Origin: Malacoraja senta
Lineage: Eukaryota
Direction: 5' to 3'
Assembly: GCA_038087875.1 (NCBI GenBank)
Contig: JAXLNO010000567.1
Coordinates: forward strand, 62,001 to 100,156
DNA length: 38,156 nucleotides
The position numbers were made by a program, and so were the translations under genes. Position 1 is the stretch's first letter. Every line of letters starts with the position of its first letter. The notes below the pieces were generated by a model. The model was not told where the DNA came from. It saw only the letters and a program-made list of their open reading frames with translations, and ran no database searches. This document shows, piece by piece, positions 23,128-34,749 of the stretch.

Positions 23128-23416
23128 AGTTTAGTTTAGTTTAAAGATACAGCGCGGAAACAGGCCCTTCGGCCCAACGAGTCCACATCGACCAGCGATC
23201 CCCGCACATCCCACACACACTAGGGACAATATTACATGTATACCAAGTCAATTAACCGACAAACCTGCACGTCTTTGGAGTGTGGGAGGAAACCGAAAAT
23301 CTCGGAGAAAACCCACGTGGGTCACGGGGAGAACGTGCAAACTCCGTACAGACAGCGCCCGTAGTCGGGATCGATCCCGGGTCTCTGGCGCTGCGAGGCA
23401 GCAACTCTACCGCTGC
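23128..23416 (-). mobile_element. HE1-type SINE
   Basis: Tail, V-domain and B box on the minus strand. Confidence 0.8.
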
Positions 23417-23823
23417 CTGGGTAGTGGAATCAAGAACCAGAGGACTTAGGATTCAGGTGAGAGGGGAAAGGATTTAAATAGGAACCCTATTCAACAGTGT
23501 GAATCTGTACCACTCCAATGGTGGGAAGGCTGTAAGGATGGTGAAAAACAAAAATCAAACATCTGTTCAGCTGTGGGTGGGTGATGGCACCCACGTGTGG
23601 CTAGGAATTCCTATATAATTACACCATAGTTCCAGTTGCGGATTAGTCAGTCTATCTTCAGTTACTCTTCCACCAACCTGCCTGACCTGTTCTCAGATCT
23701 TTCCCCATGACCCTGCAACCTATTCTCACGCGTTCTGATTTAATTCCTTTTTGAAGGCGCTGTTTAATATGTTTTCACCATCCTTACAGCCTTCCTGCTA
23801 TCGGAAGGTCACAGAGTCATTTA

Positions 23824-24027
23824 GGTAGACAAAAGTGCTGGAGAAACTCAGCGGTTGCAGCAGCATCTATGGAGCGAGGGGAATAGGCAACTATCAGTCT
23901 GAAGAAGGGTTCCGGCCCGAAACGTTGCCCATTTCCTTCGCTCCATAGATGCTGCTGCACCCGCTGAGTTTCTCCAGCACTTTTGTCTACCTTCGATTTT
24001 CCAGCATCTGCAGTTCCTTCTTAAACC
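23824..24027. mobile_element. Palindromic Penelope-like insertion
   Basis: Inverted arms; hammerhead motif 23899-23926. Confidence 0.65.
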
Positions 24028-24099
24028 CTTTTTAGATTAGTTTGATTTGGTTTGGTTTAGTTTCTAGAAGATATAGTTAGTAGACATAGTTAGTAGACA

Positions 24100-24560
24100 T
24101 AGAAACATAGAAAGTAGGTGCAGGAGCAGGCCATTCGGCCTGTCGAGCCAACACCACCATTCAATATGATCATGGCTGACCATCCAGAATCAGTACCCCG
24201 TTCCTGCTTTCTCCCGATATCCCTTGATTCCGTTAGCCCTAAGAGCGATAGCTAACTCTCTCTCGAATACATCCAGTGAATTGGCCTCCACTGTAGAACT
24301 AGGCCCATCAAGTCTACTCCGCCATTCAATCATGGTTCATCTATCTCTCCCTCAATGAGTTGTCCTCCACTGCCTTCTGTGGCAGAGAATTCCACAGATT
24401 TGCAACTCTCTGGGTCCTAAATGGTCTGCCCCTTATTCTTAAACTGTGACCCCTGGTTCTGGACTCACCCCCAAACATGGGGAACATGTTTCCTGCATCT
24501 AGCCTGTCTAACCCCTTAATAATGTTTCTATAAGATAACCTCTCATCCTTCTAAATTCCA
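24100..24560 (-). mobile_element. CR1-clade 3' fragment(s)
   Basis: Same 3' UTR and RGHSLRIRG motif. Confidence 0.75.
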
Positions 24561-24750
24561 GTTTAGTCCAGTCTAGTCCAGTCTAGTCCAGTTTAGTCCA
24601 GTCCAGTTTGGTCCAGTTTGGTCCAGTTTGGTCCAGTTTGGTCCAGTTTGGTCCAGTTTGGTCCAGTTTGGTCCAGTTTGGTCCAGTTTGGTCCAGTTTG
24701 GTCTAGTTTGGTCTAGTTTGGTCTAGTTTGGTCTAGTTTGGTCTAGTTTA
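24558..24750. repeat. 10-bp tandem array (CCAGTTTGGT)n and variants
   Basis: About 19 units built from AGTTT-like pentamers, ending GTTTAGAGAC. Confidence 0.9.
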
Positions 24751-25290
24751 GAGACACCTCTGTGATTAACTGCAGTGTATCTGGCAGCTGTGTAAAGGTG
24801 GTGAAGGTGACCTTTGTCCACACTATCGGGATGCACTCCTCAAAATGCCACTCCCTGCAATGATAGATAACTCAAGGATCCAAAGTCACCGTCTTAACTT
24901 GCCCAAGTACACGGAATCTGAGGTCAGTGTGTACCTTCTTAAACAAAACATTTTCTGAGAAAAGCAATTCAATTTTCTGCCTCCACTTTTCCTAACTAAA
25001 TTTAAGCCTGAGCTTTGAATAGAAGTTTGAGCTGTGGGCACCAGTAGTAATGAGGTCCTCATTTATCACGCTGATACGACAAATCAAACTGTTGGCTTCA
25101 GGTTAAATATATGGTATTATTCTCTGTGGTAGTTTTCTGTCATATATCCTTGTTACGACCTCCTGCTTCAGCTGAGAGCAAAGATTATCGTCTTCCCTGA
25201 GTATTGGTCACCTTCCGCCATTTGTCATTTTTTATTTCCACGTTTTTTCTCTCCCTTCCTTTAAACGGTGGGATTGCTTTCGCAAATTTC

Positions 25291-25735
25291 GGGCGGTCGC
25301 GGTGGCGCAGCGGTAGAGTTGCTGCCTTACAGCGCTTGCAGCGCCGGAGACACGGGTTCAATCCCGACTACGGGTGCTGTCTGTACGTAGTTTGTACGTT
25401 CTCCCCGTGACCCGCGTGGGCTTTCTCCCGAGATCTTCGGTTTCCTCCCACACTCCAAAGACGTCCAGGTTTGTAGGTTAATTGGCTTGGTGTATGTGGA
25501 AATTGTCCCTAGTGTGTGTAGGATAGTGTTAATGTGCGGGGATCGCTGGTCGGTGAGGACTCGGTGGGCCGAAGGGCTTGTTAAGATGTACTGGGTTTAG
25601 TGTACTTGGTTTCAGTAAAAATTGTAAATTGTCCCTTAGTGTGTAGATAGTGCTAGTGTACGGGGATCGCTGGTTGGCACGGGCTAGGTGGGGCTGAAGG
25701 GCCCGCTGCTGTGTTGTATATCTAAACTAAACTGA
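25291..25735 (+). mobile_element. HE1-type SINE with a second 3' half
   Basis: Head at 25291; AATTGTCCCT..GGGATCGCTGG occurs at about 25501 and again at about 25627. Confidence 0.75.
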
Positions 25736-26054
25736 ATTCAGCATCCCTGGGGAACATGGATTGGTGATGTTTCGGGCCGGCCCATCCATGTTCTCCAGAG
25801 TTAGCCCTTCGGCCCAACGAGTCCGCGTTGACCAGCACACTAACACATTTTTACAACGCACGAGGGACAATTTACAATAGTTATCGAAGCCCATTAACCT
25901 AAAAGCTCCGTACAGACAGCACCCGTAGTCAGGATCGAACCTGGGTCGCTGGCGCTGTGAGGCAGCAACTCTACTGCTGCGCCACCGTGCCACTGAACTG
26001 TAAAGAAACACTCTGTTCTGCATCGGTGGTATTAATGGCGCTGCTTGCATCTTA

Positions 26055-26700
26055 AGGGCCTGTCCCCCTTGGCCGTCATTTGCGTGCCATTTACGCGACC
26101 TGGTAGCGTGTGGGTAGCATGTGGGTAGCATGTGGGTAGCCTGGGACGGGCGCATGGAGTGGCGTGGAGGAGTGTGGAGTTGCGCGCGGTATCGTGCAGC
26201 GCTCCAGGATTTCGTTCTGTACGAAATCTTCGCGCGCCACCGGCCTGTCGCGTAAATGACGGCCAAGTGGGACACCCTGGCGCGGTGCAACGTCTCACCT
26301 CCAACAGCAGCAGAAGCAGGCAAGCGATCGCCGAGCTCGGCCTGGGACTCACGGCCGTTGCGGATCCGGATCCACCCCCACTCCTACTCCCAGAGCGGGG
26401 CCAAGACGATTGGAGATAGACACAAAATGCTGGAGTAACTCAGCGGGAAAAGCAGCATCTCTGGAGAGAAGCAATGGGTGACACTTCAGGTCGAGACCCT
26501 TCTTTCAGACTGAAGAAGAGTCTCGACCCGAAACATCATTCATTCCTTCTCTCCAGAGATGCTGCCAGTCCCGCTGAGTTACTCCTGCATTTTGTGTCTA
26601 TCTTCAAATGACGTCACGCGCTCCAGATGACGCGTGCGACTGTCGCGCGTCAGTCACTACCGGCCTGTTGCGTAAATGACGGCCAAGTGGGACATGCCCT
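26055..26700. mobile_element. Composite PIF/Harbinger-like MITE with internal TIR and Penelope-like passenger
   Basis: TTA TSD 26052-54 / 26701-03; internal right-TIR copy 26241-26274; palindromic passenger 26414-26607. Confidence 0.8.
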
Positions 26701-26899
26701 TTAGGCGCTGCTAAACGCGACAAGTAGCCTCAGCATCCTTTAACAGGCTATTCTCTAAAGGATGATACTGGCCCTTTAAGAGAAAGTAGTTAGCATTCCG
26801 TGCCCCAACTCAACGAGGTGCCTTCAGGGCCCATCAACAGATAGACGGCCTTACAATGGATTACTTTAATGGCTTTTTCTCAGTTGTTACCATAATTAA

Positions 26900-27070
26900 A
26901 TTGCCTGAATGTTCTCCACAAGATCAAATAGACACTAAATGGCTTAATGATTGACTTTAGTGATGCTGAATGAGAAACAAATGATGGCCAAACCACAGGG
27001 GAAAAACTCTCCTAATTATCACCCGCTGAGATCACTTGAACGGGCAGATAAGGCCTTGGTTTAACATCCA
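26900..27070 (-). mobile_element. Degenerate Deu-domain SINE (SacSINE/AmnSINE-like) remnant
   Basis: TTTAGTGATGCTG..TGGCCA..GGGGAAAAACTCTCC and GGGCAGATAAGGCCTTGGTTTAACATC resemble the reverse complement of the Deu core as recalled; not aligned computationally. Confidence 0.4.
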
Positions 27071-27167
27071 CATTGTAGTCTTGATAATAGTCCACTGGAG
27101 GCGGCCACGGGTGACGCTTCTGGCTCTCTAAGCTGTGGGTCATCTTCTTCTTAAGCAGTCCCTCGGG

Positions 27168-27703
27168 AGCAAGGACCAGTCTCACCCCGGCCACTCCCTC
27201 TTCTCCCCTCTCCCATCAGGCAAGAGGTACAGACGTGTGAAAACGCACACCTCCAGATTCAGAGACAGTTTCTTCCCAGCTGTTATGGGGCAACTGAACC
27301 ATCCTACCGCAATCAGAGAGCAGTGTCGAATTACTATCTATGTTTAAGAAAGAACTGCAGATGCTGGAAAAAATTGAAGGTGGACAAAAATGCTGGAGAA
27401 ACTCAGCGGGTGAGGCAGCATCTATGGAGCGAAGGAATAGGTGACGTTTTGGGTGAGGCAGCATCTATGGAGCGAAGGAATAGGTGACGTTTTGGGTGAG
27501 GCAGCATCTATGGAGCGAAGGAATAGGTGACGTTTCGGGTCAAGACCCTTCGGGTCTCGACCCGAAACGTCGCCTATTCCTTCGCTCCATAGATGCTGCC
27601 TCACCCGCTGAGTTTCTCCAGCGTTTTTGAATTAATATCTACCTCATCGAGAACCCTCGGACTATCCTTGATCGGACTTTACTGGTTCTACCTCACACTA
27701 AAA
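27168..27703 (+). mobile_element. Rex1/Babar 3' fragment interrupted by a Penelope-like insertion (27342-27628)
   Basis: KDQSHPGHSLFSPLPSGKRYRRVKTHTSRFRDSFFP. Confidence 0.8.
27342..27628. mobile_element. Palindromic Penelope-like insertion with 3x43-bp internal tandem repeat
   Basis: Units start at 27408, 27451 and 27494; inverted arm 27552-27628. Confidence 0.65.
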
Positions 27704-27930
27704 TCTGTTCTGCTTTTCCCTCTTCACAGATGTCGCAGCCAGAACTTGCTGATCATTTCCAAATGCTCTGCGATATTTCAGACTTCCATCATCGGTGGTA
27801 TTAACGGCGCCACTTGTATCTTAGGCATTGCTAAACGCAACAACCGCATCTCCTGCTGAGTAGCCTCAGCATACTTTTTGAATTTTTTTTTTTTTTTTTT
27901 TTCCTTTTTGCACTCAACATTTATTAACGA

Positions 27931-30407
27931 CTGCATTATTTATTGACTGCAGCCTATATTCCTCCTGATGCTAATGCCAAGCTTGCAATGAAAGATCTGC
28001 ATTCTGCCATTAGCAAACAACAGACTCACAACCCCGAGGCAGCCTTCATTGTTGCGGGTGACTTCAATCACTCCAACCTGAAGACTGTACTCCCCAAATT
28101 CCACCAACATGTCTCCTTCGCCACTAGAGAAGGCAAGACACTGGACAAAGTCTACACCAACATGGCTGAAGCTTACAAAGCCGTCCCCCTCCCCCACCTT
28201 GGACAGTCTGATCACCTCTCATTGTTCCTGCTCCCAAAGTACTCCCCACTCATCAGACGGGTTAAACCCACTGTGAGGACAGTTAAAGTCTGGTCAGAGG
28301 ATGCGGACTCCACACTTCAGCAGTGTTTTGGAAACACTGACTGGAAGGCGTTTGCAGCCCAGGCCACCCTTGACTCCCACACGGACATTGACTCCTATAC
28401 ATCCTCTGTTCTGGACTTTATAAACTCCACCATCAACAGTGTCACCTCCCTCAAACAGGTGACCATATTCCCGAATCAGAAGCCATGGATGAACAGCGAG
28501 GTCAGGCTACTGCTGAAAGCACGGGACACCGCTTTCAGGTCAGGCGATGCCCAAGCCTATAGTTCATCCAGGGCCAACCTGAAGAAGGGGCATCAAGAAG
28601 GCCAAGCACTGCCATAAACTCAGGATTGAGGAGCACTTCAACAACAACTCCGACCCCCGACGCATGTGGCAAGGCATCCAGGCCATCACGGACTTTAGAC
28701 CCACCAACACCACCCCCACATCCAGTAACGCCTCCTTCCTTGAGGAGCTCAACCACTTCTATGGCCGTTTCGATAGGGACAATCGGCAGTTGGCCATCAA
28801 GGCGGTGCTCCCTGCCGATCACCAGCCCCTCTCACTCACCCCCTTCGACGTGTACGTGGCACTGAGTAGGACTAATGCACGTAAGGCTGCTGGCCCTGAC
28901 GGCATCCCCGGGCGTGTCCTCAGGGCCTGTGCTGCGCAGCTGACAGACGTCTGGACTGACATCTTCAACCTGTCACTTGCCCAAGCAGTTGTGCCCACGT
29001 GCCTTAAATCCACCTCCATCGTGCCGGTGCCAAAACACTCCACTGCGGCGAGCCTCAACGACTTCCGCCCAGTTGCACTTACTCCCATCATCGCCAAGTG
29101 CTTCGAGAGGTTGGTCCTGGCACACCTCAAAGGCTGCCTACCCCCCACGTTGGATCCCTATCAGTTTGCCTACCGCAAGAACAGGAGTACGGAGGATGCC
29201 ATCTCAACGGCACTTCACTCCGCCCTCTCCCACCTCGACAACAGAGACACTTACGTAAGAATGCTGTTCATCGATTACAGCTCAGCATTCAACACCATCA
29301 TACCCTCTAAACTGATCACCAAACTCGGTGACCTAGGCATCAACCCCTCCCTCTGCAACTGGATACTGGACTTTCTAACCAACAGACCCCAGTCTGTTAG
29401 GTTAGACAAGCACACCTCTTCAACCCTCACCCTGAACACCGGCGTTCCACAGGGCTGTGTGCTGAGCCCCCTCCTCTACTCCCTCTTCACCTACGACTGC
29501 ACACCTGTACATGGTACTAACACCATCATCAAGTATGCAGATGATACAACGGTGATTGGCCTCATCAGCAACAACGATGAGTCGGCCTATAGGGAGGAGG
29601 TCCAGCTCCTAGCAGCATGGTGCGCTGACAACAACCTGGCCCTTAACTCCAAGAAGACCAAGGAGCTCATTGTAGACTTCAGGAAGTCTAGGGGCGGCAT
29701 GCACACCCCCATCCACATTAACGGGAGGGAGGTGGAACGTGTTTCCAGCTTCAGGTTCCTGGGGGTCAACATCTCCGATGACCTCTCTTGGACCAACAAT
29801 ACCTCAACTCTGGTCAAGAAGGCTCACCAGCGTCTCTTCTTCCTGAGGAGACTAAAGAAGGTCCATCTGTCTCCTCGGATTCTGGTGAACTTCTACCGCT
29901 GCACCATCGAGAGCATCCTTACCAACTGCATCACAGTATGGTATGGCAACTGCTCTGTCTCCGACCGGAAAGCACTGCAGAGGGTGGTGAAAATTGCCCA
30001 ACGCATCACCGGTTCCTCACTCCCCACCATTGAGTCTGTCCAAAGCAAGCGTTGTCTGCGAAGGGCGCTCAGCATCGCCAAGGACTGCTCTCACCCCAAC
30101 CACAGACTGTTTACCCTCCTACCATCCGGGAGGCGCTACAGGTCTCTCCGTTGCCGGACCAGCAGGTCCAGGAACAGCTTCTTCCCTGCGGTGGTTACAC
30201 TACTCAACACTGTACCTCGGTGACTGCCAATCACACCCCCCCCCCCCCCCCCCCCGGACACTCCTCCCACCAGGATTTATTAGATTAGATTTATTTATTT
30301 ACTGCTCATATTTATGTCGCTCTTCTAGGGAGATGCTAACTGCATTTCGTTGTCTCTGTACTGTACACTGCACAATGACAATAAAGTTGAATCTGAATCT
30401 GAATCTG
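27931..30407 (+). mobile_element. Rex1/Babar non-LTR retrotransposon, 5'-truncated
   Basis: AP-endonuclease motifs (AYIPP, IVAGDFN, TLDKVY, SDH) and RT; 3' AATAAA then (TGAATC)n tail; candidate TSD AACGA 27926-30 / 30408-12. Confidence 0.93.
27943..30223 (+). pseudogene. Rex1/Babar endonuclease-reverse transcriptase ORF with one +1 frameshift
   Basis: ORFs 27943-28617 and 28664-30223 join if one G of GGGG 28587-90 is removed (NLKKGIKKAKH...DPRRMWQGI); RT motifs [46 protein letters not shown]-terminal [12 protein letters not shown]. Confidence 0.92.
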
Positions 30408-30794
30408 AACGAGACAAAGTACAGGTACAAACAACATATACAAATCGCACAGCAGCTGCCAGCATCACATCACATCATCCTAGAGGTATAGAAACGTAGC
30501 AACATAGAAACTAGGTGCAGGAGGAGGCCATTCAGCCCTTCGAGCCAGCACCGCCATTCATTGTGATCATGGCTGATCGTCCCCTATCAATAACCCGTGC
30601 CTGCCTTCTCCCCATATCCCTTGACTCCACTAGCCCCTAGAGCTCTATCTAACTTATATCGCAGAAGCGTCACATTCACAGGCGCCCAAGCAAGCTCATC
30701 ATATTTAATCCTACTTAATATGTAATCACCCGTTATGTTAAACCAGACGCTTGTATGCCACTTGAAGAACTTATTTTGTCATTGGTCGCCACTA

Positions 30795-31196
30795 TAGAAA
30801 CATAGAAACATGGAAAATAGGTGCAGGAGTAGGCCATTCGGCCATTTGAGCCTGCACCGCCATTCAATATGATCATGGCTGATCATCCAACTCAGTATCC
30901 TGTACCTGCTTTCTCTCCGTACCCCCTGATCCCTTTAGCCACAAGGGCCACATCTAACTCCCTCTTAAATATAGCCAATGAACTGGCCTCAACTACATTC
31001 TGTGGCAGAGAGTTCCACAGATTCACCACTCTCTGTGTGAAAAATTATTTTCTCATCTCAGTCCTAAAAGATTTCCCCTTTATCCTTAAACTGTGACCCC
31101 TTGTTCTGGACTTCCCCAACATCGGGAACAATCTTCCTGCATCTAGCCTGTCCAACCCATTAAGAATTTTGTACGTTTCTATAAGAACCCCCCTCA
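30795..31196 (-). mobile_element. CR1-clade 3' fragment
   Basis: LRGVLIETYKILNGLDRLDAGRLFPMLGKSRTRGHSLRIKG. Confidence 0.8.
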
Positions 31197-31934
31197 ATGG
31201 ACTATGTATGGACTTATACACAGTGACAATCATGTCTGTACATATGGTTGCAAATACACATATACAGTACCAGTCGAACTCCTCCCCTCCACTGGGGCTA
31301 TGGAGAAATCGTGTCCTTAATCAGTCTTAGCAGTTGTAGTAATACATAATGTAGTAATCCACATAATGTTGAAAGCATCAGTCCTTAACTGGAGTTTAGC
31401 TGTTATGCCTTCCATCAAATATACACTTTTCAGTCTTTAACCTTTAACAGGTTATTCTCTAAAGGATGATACTGGCCCTTTCAGAGAAAGTAGCAAGCAT
31501 TCCGTGCCCCAACTCTACGAGGCGCCTTCTGGGGCCCATCAACAGATGGACGTCCTTGCAATTTGCAGAGATTCAGTTTCCCAACATTGACCCTCAGAAT
31601 CCATAAATGACATGGGAAGTTACGGGATGGTCTGCTGGATAAATCACAGATTGATGTTTATACTGTCGCGATGGATAGCGGGCTAAATCTATAATTCCAG
31701 GGCTAGCAATCTGTGGCCTGAAACATTGCATCAGCAATGCTGCTGGCCTTCCTTAAATTAACGTGATGCGGGATCATTAAAGGTGGCTGTGAAATCATTG
31801 AAGTGATTAGATTTACCTTTGCTTCCCCAGTACTAAATCTTGGCAGTGAGTGACTGTTATTGCTTGTTCGTCAATAATTAAATTGACTTTGATGGACTCA
31901 GAGTGCAATGTAGAGACCTTAAGACGATAAGACA

Positions 31935-32360
31935 TCATAAGGTCATAAGTGATAGGGGTAAAATGAGGTCATTCGACCCATCAAGTCTACTCCGCCATTC
32001 AATCATGCCTGATCTATCTCTCCCTCCTAACCCCATTCTCCTGCCCTCTCCCCATAACCTCTGACACCTGCACTAATCAAGAATCCATCTAGTTCTGCCT
32101 TGAAAATATCCATTGACTTGGCCTCCACAGCCTTCTGTGGCAAAGAATTCCACAGATTCACTAAAGAAATTCCTCCTCGTCCCCTTCCGAAAAGATTGTC
32201 CTTTAATTCTGAGGCTGTGACCTCTAGTCCTAGACTCTCCCACTAGTGGAAACATCCTCTCCACATCCACTCTATCCAAGCCTTTCACGATTCTGTATGT
32301 TTAAAGGAGTCTCCCCTCATTCTTCTAAACTCCAGCGAGTACAGGCCCAGCGCCGACAAA
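31935..32360 (-). mobile_element. CR1-clade 3' fragment
   Basis: KGLDRVDVERMFPLVGESRTRGHSLRIKG. Confidence 0.8.
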
Positions 32361-32735
32361 CGTTCGAGATAGGATCAGAATTAGTCCATTCGGCCCATCG
32401 AGCTTACTTTGTCATGCATTCACAGCTGATCTATTTTTCCCTCCCAACCCCATTTGCCTGCCTCATCTCCATAACCTTTGACACCCTTACTAAATGAGAA
32501 AGGGCTTCCTACAGTTTATACCTTCCACAACGATAACAGTTACTATGAAAATTACACCTTGAAAAACAATCTGTTAACTACAAAGATTTTGGGATGTTTT
32601 TAAGCCACGAATGATGATGTTTGGAAATAAATAATCTCTCTTTTGGTGCTGCACACAAAATGTTATGAAATGTTTACCAATCGGTCAGTGATTAAGTGAC
32701 CAACATGGTAGCGCAGCGGTAGAGTTGCTGCCTAA

Positions 32736-33600
32736 AGGGCCTGTCCCACTTGGCCGTCATTTGTGCGCCATTTACGCGACCTGCTAGCGTGTCAGTAGCG
32801 TGTGGGTAGCCCGTGATGGGCGCACGGAGTGGCGTGGAGGAGTGTAGACTTCGTCCTGCACTAAATCTTCGCGCGCCACCGGCCTGTCGCGTAATTGACG
32901 GCCAAAGTGGGACAGGCCCAAGACCCTGGGCCCACCTCCAACAGCAGCAGAAGCAGGCAAACCATCGCCGAGCTCAGCCTGGGGCTCACGGCCGTTGCAG
33001 ATCCAGATCCGGATCCGCCCCCACTCCTTCTCCCAGAGCGGGGCAAAGTCCCTAGAGAGGGAACACGCGGTGTCCACGGGGACTGTGGAGGCCTTCTGTG
33101 AACGCTGGTCACCGCAGGAGGTTGAATATATTATAGATAAAAATGTTAATATTTTAATTTGATAATTTTGTGTAAGTGTTTTTTAAATTGTGTGAGCTTT
33201 CTACCCTCCCTTGTAAATTGTACATTTGTTTAAAAATCTAATAAAAAAAACATTTACGGAAAAAAAAAGAAGAAAAAAAAAAAAGCGGGGCCAAGACGAT
33301 TGGCGATAGACACAAAATGCTGGAGTAACTCAGCGGGACCGGCAGCATCTCTGGAGAGAAGGAATGGGTGACGTTTCGGGTCGAGACCCTTCCTCAGACT
33401 GAAGAAGAGTCTCGACCCGAAACATCATCCATTCCTTCGTCCCAGAGATGCTGCCTGAGTTACTCCAGCATTTTGTGACAATTTTCAAATGACGTCACGC
33501 GCTCCAGACGGCTGTGCGGACGCATGATGATGCGCGCGACCGTCGCGCGTCAGTCACTACCGGCCCATTGCGTAAATGACGGCCAAGTGGGACAAGCCCT
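32736..33600. mobile_element. Second copy of the composite MITE, with a Tx1-like insertion
   Basis: Colinear with 26055-26700; flanks TAA / TTA; splits a SINE head (GTTGCTGCC|TTACAGCGCC). Confidence 0.8.
33049..33283 (+). mobile_element. Tx1-like LINE 3' end with poly(A)
   Basis: LEREHAVSTGTVEAFCERWSPQEVEYIIDKNVNILI*; AATAAA and A tail; TSD AGCGGGGC(A/C)AAG 33037-48 / 33284-95. Confidence 0.75.
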
Positions 33601-34114
33601 TTACAGCGCCAGAGACCCGGGTTCGATCCTGACTACGGGTGCTGTCTGTACGGAGTTTAAAGTACGTTCTCCCCGTGACCTGCGAGGGCTTTCGCTGGGA
33701 TCTACATTTAGTCATGGCTGATCTATTTTTCCCTCTCAATCCCATTCACCTGTCTCGTCCCCGTAGCCTTTGACGCCCTTACTAATCACGACTCTATCAA
33801 TCTTTACTTTAAAAATACCCAAGGCCCTGACCCTTGGCCTCCACAGCCATCTATGCCAATGAATTCCACTGATTCACCAGCCTCCGGCTAAACATTTTAC
33901 TTAACTAAACTAACATCGCAACCTTGAACTAAACATTATTCCCTTGATCATGTTCCTGAACCCTGTGGACGGCTCGATTGCAATCATGTGTAGTCTTTCC
34001 GCTGACTGGTTAGCACGCAACAAAATGCTGTGTCTAGGTACACTGTATCCAGAAACTAAAGTAAAGAAATTCCTCCTCATCTCCATTTGAAGGTCTGTCT
34101 GTCTGTGCCCTTTG

Positions 34115-34423
34115 GTCCAGAACCAGGGGCCACACAGTTTAAGAATAAGGAGTAAGCCATTTAGAACGGAGACGAGGAAACACTTTTTCACACAGAGAGT
34201 GGTGAGTCTGTGGAATTCTCTGCCTCAGAGGGCGGTGAAGGCAGGTTCTCTGGATGCTTTCAAGAGAGAGCTAGATAGGGCTCTTAAAGATAGCAGAGTC
34301 AGGGGATATGGGGAGAAGGCAGGAACGGGGTACTGATTGGGGATGATCAGCCATGATCACATTGAATGGCGGTGCTGGCTCGAAGGGCTGAATGGTCAGC
34401 TCCTGCACCTATTGTCTATTGTC
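34115..34423 (+). mobile_element. CR1-clade 3' fragment
   Basis: HSLRIRSKPFRTETRKHFFTQRVVSLWNSLP..GYGEKAGTGY*. Confidence 0.8.
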
Positions 34424-34749
34424 TCCCATTACTGGAAACATCCTCTCCATGTCCACTCTATCCAGGCCAGTGCAACGACTATATATGTGAAGGTTGAAGG
34501 AACTGCAGATGCTGGTTTACAAAGAGTCTAAAGACAGGTCCCAATCCAAAACGTCACCTATCCATGTCCTCCAGAGATGCTGCCTGACCGGTTGAGTTGC
34601 TGCAGCTGTATATGTGATCTATTCCGAGCAAAAAATATATTTTGATAACAAAAAACCTGCAGGTGCTGGAAATCAGTGGAACCCTTCTTGATTTTCTGAG
34701 ACCTCCTCATTCCTCCAGGTCTGGCCTTCTTGTCCAACCCCAAATATAG

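Larger units (their letters stand above)
27876..31440 (-). mobile_element. L1-clade 3' fragment (about 0.5 kb) split by Rex1 and two CR1 insertions
   Basis: Poly-T 27883-27902 with TTTATT at 27920-25; remaining pieces 30408-30488, 30653-30794, 31197-31440; minus-strand LMEGITAKLQLRTDAFNIMW resembles an L1 ORF2 C-terminus; boundaries set by the empty paralogous site near 26730-26745. Confidence 0.6.

Noticed and set aside
25727..26419. 198-aa and neighbouring ORFs (also 5223-5873 and 19201-19692) as host genes
   Set aside because: They run across unrelated SINE, MITE and LINE fragments and have no recognisable domain.
27876..27930. Antisense poly(A) + AATAAA as a captured mRNA or processed pseudogene at the Rex1 5' end
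   Set aside because: The sequence continues beyond the Rex1 (from 30408) to an L1-like ORF2 terminus near 31330-31430, so it is better explained as an older L1 that Rex1 inserted into.
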